Assembly (NCBI GenBank): GCA_035704085.1
Contig: DASSXG010000032.1
Span: forward strand, 32,748-96,747
Direction of reading: 5' to 3'
DNA length: 64,000 nucleotides
Origin: Candidatus Acidiferrum sp.
Lineage (GTDB): Bacteria; Acidobacteriota; Terriglobia; Acidiferrales; UBA7541
A program made the translations under genes and the position numbers. Below the pieces are notes generated by a model, which did not search any database, was not told the origin of the DNA, and saw only the letters and a program-made list of their open reading frames with translations. Position 1 is the stretch's first letter, and every line of letters starts with the position of its first letter. This document shows, one piece after another, positions 1 through 10,365 of this stretch.

Positions 1-2051
1 GCAAAACCAACGTCATCAACTCCAATAATGGATGGCGTGCAAAACGTCGAATCGGGATTGAGTGGGTGGCACAAGTCTTGAACGCTGAGGATCGTCTCAA
101 GGCCGGTTGTTTCGAAAAACAGAGTCTGGTCAAATCGGTCCCGGCTGACGATCCCTCCGAACTTCAGGCTGTGCTTGCCGATGATTCGACTGTAGTTATC
201 CGACCACTCGAAGACATTTCCAATCTGCGGAAGCTCCCCTTCAAAGTTATTTCCTATCGTGAATCCGCCGGCGACAGAAATATCCGGCAGGCCCGCGTGC
301 CCGGGAAGAGTTGTAGTAATACCCGAGCTCGGATCAAAGCCGTTACCCTGGAAACAGTTCGCTGGGGCAATCCCGGGACACAGGGTGTGGACGGTGCCGT
401 CACTACTCACATTGACAGGATGGTCGAATGTTTTTTGTCCTTCACGGAAATAGGTGAAACGCGCTTCGTTGACGGCCGAGGCCCCAATGGTCCACGTGTG
501 ACTCACGTTCCACTGCTGGAAGCGGGTCTTGTTGTTGTCTCCGAAACCGGGCACGTTGGCCCCGGCAGCCTGGAAGAAGGAGAATGGCTGGAACCGGAAG
601 GAATCGTCAAAGTAGTAGTAGACGGCAAGTTGCTGGCTCGCCGTGAGTTTGCGGTCAAGGCGAAACGTAAATTGATCGTCTCGCTCATTTGAATCGGGAT
701 TCGTAACCACGTTCCCGACCCCGGGTGCCGGCAGGTAATTTAATAGAGAAAGCGCCGTGGGGTCAAAACAGGACGTGGGAATCCTTTCGTGGGGAAAGAT
801 ATTCGAATAAAACGAAGCACCGTTATTCCCGGACGGATCCCCACCCGTCAGCCCGTTCTGGGGCAGGCCGGCGGCTGTCTGCAGGGCCATAACATCTGTA
901 TTGCACTGTCCACCGGAGCGGCCCGCCAAAACGGAGGCAAAGAACGAGTCCGCAAGCGTTCCGTAGAACTCGGACTGGTTGTTTTGTGCCCCGATTCCCG
1001 AGAAATCACCAACCTGTACCCCCGCCACTGTCGATACGTTGCCGAGCTCTGCGGTGGTGGGTAAGGCCACCAAACCAGAGGAAATTCCCTTGCGGGTACG
1101 GCGTCCCTCGTAGGAACCAAAAAGGAAGGTGCTGTCTTTCTTGAGCGGTCCGCCCAGGGTGCCTCCAAACTGATTCTGCTTGAAGTTTCCGCGGGTAGAA
1201 TCGAAAAAGTTGCGGGAGTCCAGGACGGTGTTGCGGAAAAAATCGTAAACATCTCCGTGAATGACGTTAGTGCCGGATTTGGTGACCACGTTGACCACCG
1301 CGCCCGAGTTCCGCCCGAACTCGGCGTCAAAGGTATTGGTAATCACACGGAATTCTTCGATCGCGTCCGGCGAAGGTTGAATGGCGGGCAGGTTCACAAA
1401 GACATCGTTCGCATTACCGCCGTTGACCGTGAAGTCGTTCGAGCGGCCCCGCCCTCCGTTCACGGATACAACGCCGGCTTGGTCGCTGCCGTAGAACAGG
1501 TTTGCGCCCACGGTGGACTGGACTCCCGGCTGTAACGAAAGCAACTGATACGTATTGCGCGTATTCAGTGGCAGCTCGGTGACGGCCCTGGCGTTCACAA
1601 CGGCGCCGAGTTGGGTTGATGTCGTGTCCACGACAGGTGGCGCTCCCGTCACTTCCACCACATCTGTGGCGCCGCCGACCTGTAGCGTAAGATCCACGGT
1701 GACGACTTCATTTAGATTTAGGATCAAGCCCTTGTGCACATACTTCTTGAAGCCCTGGCTGCTGGCGTCGATTTCGTAGCTGCCCACGGGCACTTCGATG
1801 AAAATGTATTCGCCGTTCGCGCCGGTTTGCGCGTCGCGCGTGGCGTGAGTCGCCTCGTTGATCAAGGTAACTTTGGCGGATGCAATGGCCCCTCCGCTGG
1901 CGTCCATTACCGTGCCGCGGATGCGGCCGCCGGTGCTCTGCGCGCCGGCAAATGGCGCCGCGAGAAGGATCACGAGCGCAAGAACGTCCGCGGACAAAAT
2001 GCTCCGAAAGCAGAATGAAGGCAGCTGCAGAAAACGTGCATCAACTTTCAT
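1..2051 (-). CDS. TonB-dependent receptor with N-terminal carboxypeptidase-regulatory-like domain (partial; runs off the left edge, so absent from the ORF track)
   Basis: Hand translation from ATG at 2051 (RBS AAGGGGTG): MKVDARFLQL...LLAAPFAGAQSTGGRIRGTVMDASGGAIASAKVTLIN...LQVGGATDVVEVTGAPPVVDTTSTQLGAVVNARAVTELPLNTRNTYQLL. Segments spot-checked near 1-180 and 660-800 are open in the same frame (HSLKFGG...RFDQTLF). Confidence 0.9.
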   Translation of the reverse strand, partial: MKVDARFLQLPSFCFRSILSADVLALVILLAAPFAGAQSTGGRIRGTVMDASGGAIASAKVTLINEATHATRDAQTGANGEYIFIEVPVGSYEIDASSQGFKKYVHKGLILNLNEVVTVDLTLQVGGATDVVEVTGAPPVVDTTSTQLGAVVNARAVTELPLNTRNTYQLLSLQPGVQSTVGANLFYGSDQAGVVSVNGGRGRSNDFTVNGGNANDVFVNLPAIQPSPDAIEEFRVITNTFDAEFGRNSGAVVNVVTKSGTNVIHGDVYDFFRNTVLDSRNFFDSTRGNFKQNQFGGTLGGPLKKDSTFLFGSYEGRRTRKGISSGLVALPTTAELGNVSTVAGVQVGDFSGIGAQNNQSEFYGTLADSFFASVLAGRSGGQCNTDVMALQTAAGLPQNGLTGGDPSGNNGASFYSNIFPHERIPTSCFDPTALSLLNYLPAPGVGNVVTNPDSNERDDQFTFRLDRKLTASQQLAVYYYFDDSFRFQPFSFFQAAGANVPGFGDNNKTRFQQWNVSHTWTIGASAVNEARFTYFREGQKTFDHPVNVSSDGTVHTLCPGIAPANCFQGNGFDPSSGITTTLPGHAGLPDISVAGGFTIGNNFEGELPQIGNVFEWSDNYSRIIGKHSLKFGGIVSRDRFDQTLFFETTGLETILSVQDLCHPLNPDSTFCTPSIIGVDDVGF

Positions 2052-2100
2052 GACTTCACCCCTTGCCGCGAAGAATTTTTCGAGGATTCATTCTTCGTGG

Positions 2101-2136
2101 TTGCTGTGCCCCGGGAACCTTACTATAATCCAGTAA
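2101..2136 (+). promoter_or_regulatory. sigma70 promoter for the regulator operon, with an overlapping inverted repeat (candidate operator)
   Basis: TTGCTG(2101-2106)-N17-TATAAT(2124-2129); TTACT-N7-AGTAA at 2120-2136 overlaps the -10 box. Confidence 0.65.
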
Positions 2137-2157
2137 ACTTAGAGAAAGCCTGAACCC

Positions 2158-2988
2158 GTGTCAAGCAGAAAGAATTTGTCCGGCCAATTGGAGAAACGCG
2201 CGGGCCGCCGGCCCTTGCGCATCAGCGAGGTCTCGCGCCGCCTCGGCATTTCTTCGTCTGCCTTGCGCGCGTGGGAGGCGCTGGGACTGGTTACGCCGCA
2301 GCGCACCCAGAGCCGCTACCGGCTCTACACGGAGAGGGATGTGCGCCTGCTGCAGCGCGCGATATTTCTTCGACGCGCGCGCGGATTGAACCCTGCCGCC
2401 ATCGTGCACGTTCTGAAACGCCAGGGCGTTGTCTCCTCGACCGTGGAAACTCCGGTGCACCCAGGACACCGTTTTCGCCGCTTGCGCACGCGCCGCGGCC
2501 TTTCTCTCGCCCAAGTGGCGCGGGCCACCGGCGTTTCCGTGGGATTTCTCAGCGCGCTGGAGCGCGGCCAGATGCGCTCCTCCATCGCCACGCTCCGGCG
2601 CATCGCCCGCTTTTACGGCACCAACATTCTCTCTCTTTTCGAGACCGCCGGAGACAATCCGCGTTTGGTTCGCCCGAGCCAGCGTAAGATCCTGGAAACC
2701 ACGCCGGACGTGCGCATGGAACTGCTGGCGTGGGGCCAGACGGCGATGGAGCCGCACCTCTTCCGCGTGAAACCCGGCGGCGGCAGCGGCGAATCCTATT
2801 CTCACGAAGGCGAGGAATTTTTGCACGTCCTTCGAGGCAAATTTGAGATCTGGCTGGACGGCAAGGAGCATTACAATCTGAGGCCCGGCGACAGCCTTTA
2901 TTTTGAAAGCTCGACTCCGCACCGCTGGAAAAATCCGGGACGGACGGAGACCTGGCTGCTGTGGATCAATACGCCGCCGACATTCTGA
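2158..2988 (+). CDS. Transcriptional regulator: MerR-type HTH + XRE HTH + cupin (PuuR-like C-terminal part)
   Basis: MerR HTH LRISEVSRRLGISSSALRAWEALGLVTPQRTQSRYRLY; XRE HTH GLSLAQVARATGVSVGFLSALERG; cupin HEGEEFLHVLRG...PGDSLYFESSTPHRW. Confidence 0.88.
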   Translation: MSSRKNLSGQLEKRAGRRPLRISEVSRRLGISSSALRAWEALGLVTPQRTQSRYRLYTERDVRLLQRAIFLRRARGLNPAAIVHVLKRQGVVSSTVETPVHPGHRFRRLRTRRGLSLAQVARATGVSVGFLSALERGQMRSSIATLRRIARFYGTNILSLFETAGDNPRLVRPSQRKILETTPDVRMELLAWGQTAMEPHLFRVKPGGGSGESYSHEGEEFLHVLRGKFEIWLDGKEHYNLRPGDSLYFESSTPHRWKNPGRTETWLLWINTPPTF

Positions 2989-3007
2989 AGGTTGGAATAT
3001 CAAACCA

Positions 3008-4726
3008 ATGAAAATATTCTCGTTCTGTTTCTCTCTGCAGACTCTTCTGCTGCTTTTTTGCTCCGTTTCAGAATCGGCCGCGCAAGGCCGCGTTGTTGAA
3101 CCAGCGGACATCGTCGTCGTTCATGGCCGCGTCTATACGGAGAATCCCAAACAGCCCTGGGCGCAGGCCGTCGCAATTCGCAAGGACAAACTCGTGGCCG
3201 TGGGCGACGACGCCGAGATCGAAAAAATGCGCGGCATGGGGACCAAGGTCATCAACGCGGGCGGAAAACTCGTCCTGGCCGGTTTCGTGGATTGCCACAT
3301 CCATTTCATGGATGGCTCCCTGAGCCTGGGCCGCGTGAATCTCGCAGGAGCAAAAGATTCTGCCGACATCCAAAAAAGATTGCTTCAATATGCTTCCGAA
3401 AATCCCGGGGATGACTGGATTCTCGGACGCGGCTGGGACTACGCCATGTTCGGGCCTGAAGCGCTGCCCCACAGGAAATACATCGACGAACTCTTTCCCA
3501 ACCGGCCCGTGTTTCTCGAAGGCTATGACGGGCATACCTACTGGGCAAATTCCAAAGCCCTGAGCCTGGCAGGGATCAGCCGGGATACGCTTGATCCGCC
3601 GAACGGCGCGATTGTTCGCGACCCACAAACGGGCGAAGCGACTGGGGCGCTGAAAGAATCGGCCCAGGATCTGGTTGCCAAAGTCGTGCCGCGTCCCTCC
3701 CGCGCTGACAAGCTTCTCGCGCTGCGCGCGGGCATGAAATGGGCGAACCAGCATGGCGTCACTCGCGTCCACAGCGCAGGAGGTGACTTTGAAGTTCTCG
3801 ATCTCCTCGATGAGATGCGCCATCGCGGCGACCTCACGGTGCGCTTCTACGTCGCTTACTTCCTCAATCCTCCGCAGCTTCGGCCGCAGGACCTCGACTC
3901 CATCGAATCAGCTCACAAGAAGTTTCACGACGATTGGATTGACGCTGGCGCCGTCAAGTTCATGGTGGATGGAGTCATTGAGTCTCACACCGCGGCGATG
4001 CTCGAGCCCTACAGTGACAATCCTTCGCTCAAAGGCAAACTTTTCTGGGAGCCGTCAAATTACAGCGCGGCGGTTGCGCAATTGGACAACCGCGGCTTGC
4101 AGCTCTTCACCCACGCTATCGGAGACTATGGCGTGCGCACGGCGCTCGACGCGTACGAGAACGCCGCGAAGCTCAATCACGCTCGCGACCAGCGCTCGCG
4201 TATCGAGCACATCGAGACTATTTCCGTTCCGGACATTCCGCGCTTCGGCAAACTTGGTGTGATCGCCAGTATGCAGCCGCTGCATTCCTATCCGGATTCG
4301 AACGCGCTAGACGTCTGGGCACGCAACGTAGGCCCCGATCGCGCTTCGCGCGCGTGGTCGTGGAAGAGCATCTCTGACGCAGGGGGACACCTGGCTTTCG
4401 GAAGCGACTGGCCTGTCGTTACGCTCAACCCATGGGAAGGCGTGCAGACCGCCGTGACTCGCCAAACCGCTGAAGGATTACCCGAGGGCGGATTCGTTCC
4501 CGAACAACGCTTGACTGTGGCCCAAACGATAGAGGGTTATACGCTGGGGGCGGCGTTTGCCGGCCGCCGCGAAAAGACGGAAGGATCGCTCGAAGCCGGC
4601 AAACTCGCCGACCTGATTATCGTCTCGCAGAATGTCTTGGAGATCGCTCCACGCAAAATTGCAGAAACGCAGGTTTTGATGACGATTGTGGGCGGGAAAG
4701 TGGTCTATCAGGCAGATTCCAAGTAA
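3008..4726 (+). CDS. Exported amidohydrolase (amidohydrolase_3 / YtcJ-like)
   Basis: Signal peptide MKIFSFCFSLQTLLLLFCSVSESAAQ; metal motifs DCHIH, VKFMVDG, HAIGD, RIEH, GSDWP; C-terminal GSLEAGKLADL. Confidence 0.88.
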   Translation: MKIFSFCFSLQTLLLLFCSVSESAAQGRVVEPADIVVVHGRVYTENPKQPWAQAVAIRKDKLVAVGDDAEIEKMRGMGTKVINAGGKLVLAGFVDCHIHFMDGSLSLGRVNLAGAKDSADIQKRLLQYASENPGDDWILGRGWDYAMFGPEALPHRKYIDELFPNRPVFLEGYDGHTYWANSKALSLAGISRDTLDPPNGAIVRDPQTGEATGALKESAQDLVAKVVPRPSRADKLLALRAGMKWANQHGVTRVHSAGGDFEVLDLLDEMRHRGDLTVRFYVAYFLNPPQLRPQDLDSIESAHKKFHDDWIDAGAVKFMVDGVIESHTAAMLEPYSDNPSLKGKLFWEPSNYSAAVAQLDNRGLQLFTHAIGDYGVRTALDAYENAAKLNHARDQRSRIEHIETISVPDIPRFGKLGVIASMQPLHSYPDSNALDVWARNVGPDRASRAWSWKSISDAGGHLAFGSDWPVVTLNPWEGVQTAVTRQTAEGLPEGGFVPEQRLTVAQTIEGYTLGAAFAGRREKTEGSLEAGKLADLIIVSQNVLEIAPRKIAETQVLMTIVGGKVVYQADSK

Positions 4727-4739
4727 TTGGGAGAAAACG

Positions 4740-5801
4740 ATGAGACTTCGCGCCATCCTTCTCGGATTCCTGGCGGCGGCGCTCGTTTGTGGCGCGTGCA
4801 GGAAAAACGAGGAAACGCTGAGCCTGTTGGTCTGGGAAGGGTACGCCGACTCATCATTCGTTCATGCTTTCGAAGAAAGTCACCACTGCAAAGTAAGCGC
4901 ATCTTACATGGGCTCGAGCGACGAGCTTGTGGCCAAGTTGCGCGGCGGTAGCGCTTCAAATTACGACGTAATCTCACCATCGAGTGACGTCGCCGCTTCC
5001 ATTGCGCACACCGGTTTGGCCGCGCCTCTCGATCTTTCAAAATTGCCGTCCTATTCTCAGCTCTCTTCGAACCTCCGCGATCTCCCCCTGGTGAAAGCCA
5101 ATGGCCTGATCTATGGCGTCCCCTTTATGTGGGGACCCAATCCGCTTCTCTATGACACCACCGTGTTTGCCCAGGCGCCGGACTCCTGGGCGGTCTTCTG
5201 GGATTCGAAATACAAGGGAAAAATCTCGGTTTGGGATGATCTTTCAACCGTTTACATGGCCGCGCAGATTCTCGGCTACGACAAACCGGATCCCTCACAA
5301 CTCTACAATCTGACGGACGATCAGCTTGCCGCGGCGAAGGAAAAACTGATTGAGCTGAAGCCCAACATTCGAAAAATCTGGTCCACGGGCGGCGAACTGA
5401 GCAATCTTTTTCAAAACCATGAAGTAGTTCTCGCCATGGGTTGGCCGCTGAATACCAACGATCTCCGAAAGCTGAATTTTCCCATTGGTGAAACCATCCC
5501 GAAAGAAAACACCACCGGATGGATTGACCACTTGATGATTACCGCCGCGAGCCGCAACAAGGATCTGGCTCACGCCTTCCTTGAATACATGATTGAAGCA
5601 AAAACACAGAAACTCGTTACCGACCGGACGCATTACACCCCTGCGAACCCTGGTGCCTCCCAATTTCTGACCGCCGAAGAAATAAAAGGGTTGCACCTCG
5701 ATAATCCGTCTGCCTACATGCAGCGCATCTATTTCTGGCAAGACGTGCCGCGGCGCGCGAAGTACAACGAAATCTGGAACGAGGTGAAAGCGGCGCAGTG
5801 A
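4740..5801 (+). CDS. potD: Polyamine ABC transporter substrate-binding lipoprotein (PotD/PotF family)
   Basis: Lipoprotein signal ending CGAC; [37 protein letters not shown] motifs. Confidence 0.8.
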   Translation: MRLRAILLGFLAAALVCGACRKNEETLSLLVWEGYADSSFVHAFEESHHCKVSASYMGSSDELVAKLRGGSASNYDVISPSSDVAASIAHTGLAAPLDLSKLPSYSQLSSNLRDLPLVKANGLIYGVPFMWGPNPLLYDTTVFAQAPDSWAVFWDSKYKGKISVWDDLSTVYMAAQILGYDKPDPSQLYNLTDDQLAAAKEKLIELKPNIRKIWSTGGELSNLFQNHEVVLAMGWPLNTNDLRKLNFPIGETIPKENTTGWIDHLMITAASRNKDLAHAFLEYMIEAKTQKLVTDRTHYTPANPGASQFLTAEEIKGLHLDNPSAYMQRIYFWQDVPRRAKYNEIWNEVKAAQ

Positions 5802-6877
5802 GTTCCGCCACGGCCAATCCGGCAGAGGCCAACTCTGCGGCGCCAGGAGCGCTACTCGAAGTTCGTGGCGTTGCCAAGCGTTTTGGCGCCTGCGAGGTCC
5901 TGAAAAATATTTCACTGAACATCGCGGGCGGAGAATTTCTGACTCTGCTGGGCGAGAGCGGCTCTGGCAAAACCACCCTTCTCCGCCTGGTCGCCGGATT
6001 CGAACAGCCGACCGCAGGCGAAATCTGGATGAGCGATGAGCGTCTCGATACGCTTCCGCCCTACAAACGCAGCGTCAACACCGTTTTCCAGCAATATGCT
6101 CTGTTTCCGCATTTGGGCGTGCGGGACAACGTGGCCTACGGCTTGCGCGTCAAGAACACGCCCGCGAACGAAATCGCTGGCCGCGTGGACGAAGCTCTTC
6201 GCATGGTGAAGATGCAGGAATTCGCAGCATCCCGGCCCTCCAATCTAAGCGGCGGCCAACAGCAGCGCGTCGCCCTGGCTCGAGCCCTCGTCAATCGCCC
6301 GCAACTGCTCTTGCTCGATGAGCCTCTCTCCGCCCTCGACGCCAACCTGCGCAAGCAGATGCAAAGCGAATTGAAAGCACTTCAACGCGAAATCGGCATT
6401 GCTTTTCTTTTTGTCACTCATGATCAGGAAGAAGCCATGGCGCTCTCCGATCGCATCGCGTTGTTGCGCAATGGCGCCCTCGAGCAAGTTGCCTCTCCCC
6501 GCGAAATCTACGCGCATCCCGCCACGGCCTATACCGCGCAGTTCATCGGCCAGACGAATCTATTGCGCGGGGAAGTTCGCGGCAGTATTGCAACGTGCGG
6601 CGTCCTGCGCTGGCCCGTGGAAGAGGCGGACGGTCCTGCGCTTTTCTCGCTCAGGCCGGAAGCGATCCGCCTCTGCGCCGACGGCAAACGCCAGACCAGT
6701 GAAGTGAAGTTTCGCGGTGCCGTTCACCAGCAAATCTATGGCGGCGCCAGCGAACTGCTCGAAGTGAATTGTGGGAGCGGCCAATCTGTGCGCGTGCGCA
6801 TACCGGCCCGCGGCCCGCTTTCCGGCGAACATGATTTTGTTTTTTTCACTGCGGATGCTATCCCCGTTCGGGAGTGA
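5798..6877 (+). CDS. potA: Polyamine ABC transporter ATP-binding protein
   Basis: Walker [60 protein letters not shown]; 4-nt overlap with the upstream gene. Confidence 0.88.
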   Translation: MSSATANPAEANSAAPGALLEVRGVAKRFGACEVLKNISLNIAGGEFLTLLGESGSGKTTLLRLVAGFEQPTAGEIWMSDERLDTLPPYKRSVNTVFQQYALFPHLGVRDNVAYGLRVKNTPANEIAGRVDEALRMVKMQEFAASRPSNLSGGQQQRVALARALVNRPQLLLLDEPLSALDANLRKQMQSELKALQREIGIAFLFVTHDQEEAMALSDRIALLRNGALEQVASPREIYAHPATAYTAQFIGQTNLLRGEVRGSIATCGVLRWPVEEADGPALFSLRPEAIRLCADGKRQTSEVKFRGAVHQQIYGGASELLEVNCGSGQSVRVRIPARGPLSGEHDFVFFTADAIPVRE

Positions 6878-6894
6878 CGGTCTTCTGATCTACC

Positions 6895-7740
6895 ATGTAC
6901 TCGCGCGCTTATAAGATGATTGTCTCGCTGCCGCCGCTCCTCTGGGTCGGTATATTTCTCTTGCTTCCCTATGCCCTGATGTTTGCGCACAGCTTCTGGG
7001 CTGTCCGGCAAGGAGCGCTCGTTCACGAGTGGAACCTGGACAATTACAAAATGCTTTTTTCGAATCCGGTTTACGTTCAAGTTCTTTTCCGCACCATGCG
7101 TATTGCCGGGGCGGTAACGCTTTGCTCGCTGCTCTTGGGCTATCCACTAGCCTACTACCTGTCTTTTCATGCGGGGGTTCGCAAAGAACTGCTCTATCAG
7201 CTCCTTATCGTGCCCTTGTGGGTCAGCTATCTTGTCCGCGGCTACGCCTGGAAGACCATTCTCGGCAGCGACGGCGTGCTCAACGGATTCCTGCAATACC
7301 TGCATGTCACTCACGAACCCGTCGCATTTCTCCTCTATAGCCCATTCGCCGTCGTACTGATGCTCACGCATATTTACACGCCTTTTGTCTTTCTCCCGAT
7401 CTACGCGGCCCTTGAGCACATCCCGCGCCCGCTCGTCGAGGCCTCGCAAGACCTCGGCGCCGGATCGGCGCAGACGTTTTTTCGGGTCATCCTGCCGCTC
7501 TCGATCCCCGGCCTGCTCGCAGGAGCGACCTTTGCGTTTGTTCTTTCGCTTGGGGATTTCCTCGCGCCGCTCCTGGTCGGCGGCGCTTCCGGCACGATGA
7601 TCGCCAACGTCGTGCAGAGCCTCTTCGGCGCGGCCTACGATTGGCCGCTCGGCGCAGCGATTTCCGTCTGCATCCTCATCATTACCATCTCCCTGCTCTT
7701 CCTAACCGAGCGGCTGGAAAAGCGGTGGTCCTTCAAATGA
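6895..7740 (+). CDS. potB: Polyamine ABC transporter permease
   Basis: Multiple TM segments; PLWVSYLVRGYAW; EAA loop LVEASQDLGA. Confidence 0.85.
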   Translation: MYSRAYKMIVSLPPLLWVGIFLLLPYALMFAHSFWAVRQGALVHEWNLDNYKMLFSNPVYVQVLFRTMRIAGAVTLCSLLLGYPLAYYLSFHAGVRKELLYQLLIVPLWVSYLVRGYAWKTILGSDGVLNGFLQYLHVTHEPVAFLLYSPFAVVLMLTHIYTPFVFLPIYAALEHIPRPLVEASQDLGAGSAQTFFRVILPLSIPGLLAGATFAFVLSLGDFLAPLLVGGASGTMIANVVQSLFGAAYDWPLGAAISVCILIITISLLFLTERLEKRWSFK

Positions 7741-8570
7741 GTGCCGGCATTTCAACCCGCCGCGTTCCGCTGCTTACGATTTATTCTGCTCTCGTTTTTG
7801 CGTTCATTTACTTGCCGGTCGTGATCCTCATTCTTTACTCGTTCAATCGCGATGGTGTCGGCGGCTTTCCGCCTCGTCATCTCACAATCGAATGGTACCG
7901 CCAGCTTTTGGCCGACGGTCCCATCTGGGATGCGTTTCTGAATAGCCTGATCGTTGCTGCCTGCAGCGTGGCTCTCTCTTTGACGCTCGGTCTGCTCGCC
8001 GCGCTCGCGCTCAACCGCGCCAATTTCCCCGGTAAAGCTCTCTTCCGCCGCCTCGTTCTTTTGCCGTTGATTTTGCCAGGCATCATCACCGGCCTCTCCC
8101 TGCTGATGTTCGCCGTCTTCGCCGGCGCGCAGCTCAATCTGTTCACCGTTTTTCTAGGCCACGGCACAGCACTCATTTCCGTCGCGACCACTGAGCTTTT
8201 CGCTGGCCTGCAAAAAATGGATCGCGCCCAGGAGGAAGCCTCACTCGACCTCGGCGCGACGCCCTGGCAAACTTTCTGGCGCGTCACGTTGCCCCATCTC
8301 AAACTTTCCCTGATTGCCGCCGGGCTTCTGATCTTCACCCTCTCGATGGACGAAATCGCCGTCACCTTTTTCCTGATTGGCCGCGACAATACTTTACCGC
8401 TCGAAATCTGGGGCCGGCTGCGCCGCGGCATTACGCCAGAGATCAATGCCGTCTCCACGCTGATCTTTGCCGTCTCGGTTTGCCTGATCGTCGTTTGGTA
8501 TCGCGTGCGCACTCACAGCCTGGGAGCCGAATCGCAGGAGTTCCTCGAGAAACCTGGAGAGTCCCTATGA
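7737..8570 (+). CDS. potC: Polyamine ABC transporter permease
   Basis: ATGA overlap with potB; FIYLPVVILILYSFN, EEASLDLGA, FTLSMDE, TLPLEIW, ITPEINA. Confidence 0.85.
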   Translation: MSAGISTRRVPLLTIYSALVFAFIYLPVVILILYSFNRDGVGGFPPRHLTIEWYRQLLADGPIWDAFLNSLIVAACSVALSLTLGLLAALALNRANFPGKALFRRLVLLPLILPGIITGLSLLMFAVFAGAQLNLFTVFLGHGTALISVATTELFAGLQKMDRAQEEASLDLGATPWQTFWRVTLPHLKLSLIAAGLLIFTLSMDEIAVTFFLIGRDNTLPLEIWGRLRRGITPEINAVSTLIFAVSVCLIVVWYRVRTHSLGAESQEFLEKPGESL

Positions 8571-10270
8571 TCCAATCCACATCGAAGCTGAGAGCGTCTG
8601 CAATTCTCGTGCTCTTTCTCTCGCTGCTGACACTCCCGCGCGCAGTCGCGCAGTCTGCCCCCTTCGACGTCGTTATCACCAATGGTCACATCATTGACGG
8701 CACGGGCTCGCCCTGGTATTCGGGCGACATTGGCATTCGCGGGGGAAGAATTGCGGCTATCGGCAACCTTGCCGCAGCGGCTCGCACGCGCACCATCGAT
8801 GCGCGCGGCCAGGTGGTTGCTCCGGGCTTTATCGACATGCTCGGGCAATCGGAGCTCACCATCCTTGTCGACCCACGTCTGCCATCGAAGATCTACCAGG
8901 GCATCACCACTGAAATGACCGGCGAAGGCGGTTCCGTGGCGCCTCTGAACGACGCACTGATCCGCAACAACCGCGAAATGGTCGACTATTACGGCATCAC
9001 TCCCGACTGGCGCACTTTCCGCGAGTACTTCGCGCGCCTTGAAAAACAGCATATCGGCATCAACATCGCCTCCTACGTGGGCGCCACGCAGGTGCGCTCC
9101 ATGATCCTTGGACCCGACGACATTCAGCCCACTCCACCGCAGCTCGAACAAATGAAGGAGCTCGTCCGCCAAGCTATGCGCGACGGTGCTGTGGGCGTCT
9201 CCACTTCTCTCGAATACCCTCCTGCTCCTTACGCCAAGACCGAAGAGCTCATCGCCCTCTCCGCCGAAGCATCTCACTTCGGCGGCATCTATGCCACGCA
9301 CATGCGCAACGAAAGCGACGCCATCTTGCCCGCCATTGACGAAGCGCTTCGCATTGGACGCGAAGCGCACATCCCGGTCGAAATCTGGCACTTGAAAGTT
9401 GCAGGCAAGGAAAACTGGGGCCGCATGCCGGAGGCCGTTGCGAAAATCAACTCCGCTCGCGCCGAAGGCATCGACGTCACCGCGGACACTTATGCCTACA
9501 CCGCGTGGTCCAACGGCATGTCTGCTTTTATCCCGCCCTGGGCGCACGACGGAGGCACCGCCAAGCTGATTCAGCGTCTCAAGGATCCCGCAACTCGCGC
9601 GCGCATTCGAAAGGATCTTCTCACACCCTCAAAAGAATGGGACAACGAATGGCAGGAAATTACCGGCCCCGATCAGGTCCTCATTTGCACCGTGAAAGAT
9701 CGGAAACTGCTTCCTTTGCAAGGCAAGACGCTCGCGGAGATTGCAAAACTCTGGAACAAAGATCCAATGGACGCTCTCTTTGATCTGCTCATCGCGGACA
9801 ACGCTTTTCCCTCTGTGGCGGTGTTTGGCATGTCCGAACCCGACGTTTCGCTCGCTCTTCAGCAGCCTTGGGTTTCGGTCGACAATGATTCTTCCGGCGC
9901 CTCCCCCGAAGGCATTCTCGGCCGCGAACACGGGCATCCCCGCGGTTACGGCACTTTCCCGCGCATCCTCCGCAAATACGTCCGCGAAGAACACAAACTT
10001 ACGCTCGAAGATGCCATCCGCAAATTTTCCGCTCTCCCGGCGCAGCGCCTCCGCCTCGAAGGCCGCGGCGTGCTCCGAGCGGGCATGTGGGCTGATGTCG
10101 TGATCTTCGATCCCGCCACCATTCGCGACCTCGCCACCTTCGACAACCCGAACCAGCTGTCTCAAGGAATGGACTATGTATTGGTCAACGGTTTGCCCGT
10201 TATCGACCACGGTAAAATGACCGGCGTGCTCCCCGGCAAAGTCCTCCGGGGCCCAGGGTACGTCCCCTGA
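8567..10270 (+). CDS. Exported N-acyl-D-amino-acid deacylase (D-aminoacylase family)
   Basis: ATGA overlap; signal peptide ending RAVAQ; IIDGTG, PGFID, THMRNE, IWHLK, HPRGYGTFPRIL, GMWADVVIFDP. Confidence 0.85.
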   Translation: MIQSTSKLRASAILVLFLSLLTLPRAVAQSAPFDVVITNGHIIDGTGSPWYSGDIGIRGGRIAAIGNLAAAARTRTIDARGQVVAPGFIDMLGQSELTILVDPRLPSKIYQGITTEMTGEGGSVAPLNDALIRNNREMVDYYGITPDWRTFREYFARLEKQHIGINIASYVGATQVRSMILGPDDIQPTPPQLEQMKELVRQAMRDGAVGVSTSLEYPPAPYAKTEELIALSAEASHFGGIYATHMRNESDAILPAIDEALRIGREAHIPVEIWHLKVAGKENWGRMPEAVAKINSARAEGIDVTADTYAYTAWSNGMSAFIPPWAHDGGTAKLIQRLKDPATRARIRKDLLTPSKEWDNEWQEITGPDQVLICTVKDRKLLPLQGKTLAEIAKLWNKDPMDALFDLLIADNAFPSVAVFGMSEPDVSLALQQPWVSVDNDSSGASPEGILGREHGHPRGYGTFPRILRKYVREEHKLTLEDAIRKFSALPAQRLRLEGRGVLRAGMWADVVIFDPATIRDLATFDNPNQLSQGMDYVLVNGLPVIDHGKMTGVLPGKVLRGPGYVP

Positions 10271-10365
10271 GTCTGTGACGCCACATTCCCATCTCGCCAG
10301 AAATGTGTTCATAATATTGCCGCGGCCGGTGCGTCCTATCTCGTGTCATCTCTCCCGGAGGAGCA

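Noticed and set aside
66-2136. Plus-strand ORFs over the first 2 kb (e.g. 66-692, 789-1064)
   Set aside because: They are antisense shadows of the TonB receptor reading frame on the minus strand.
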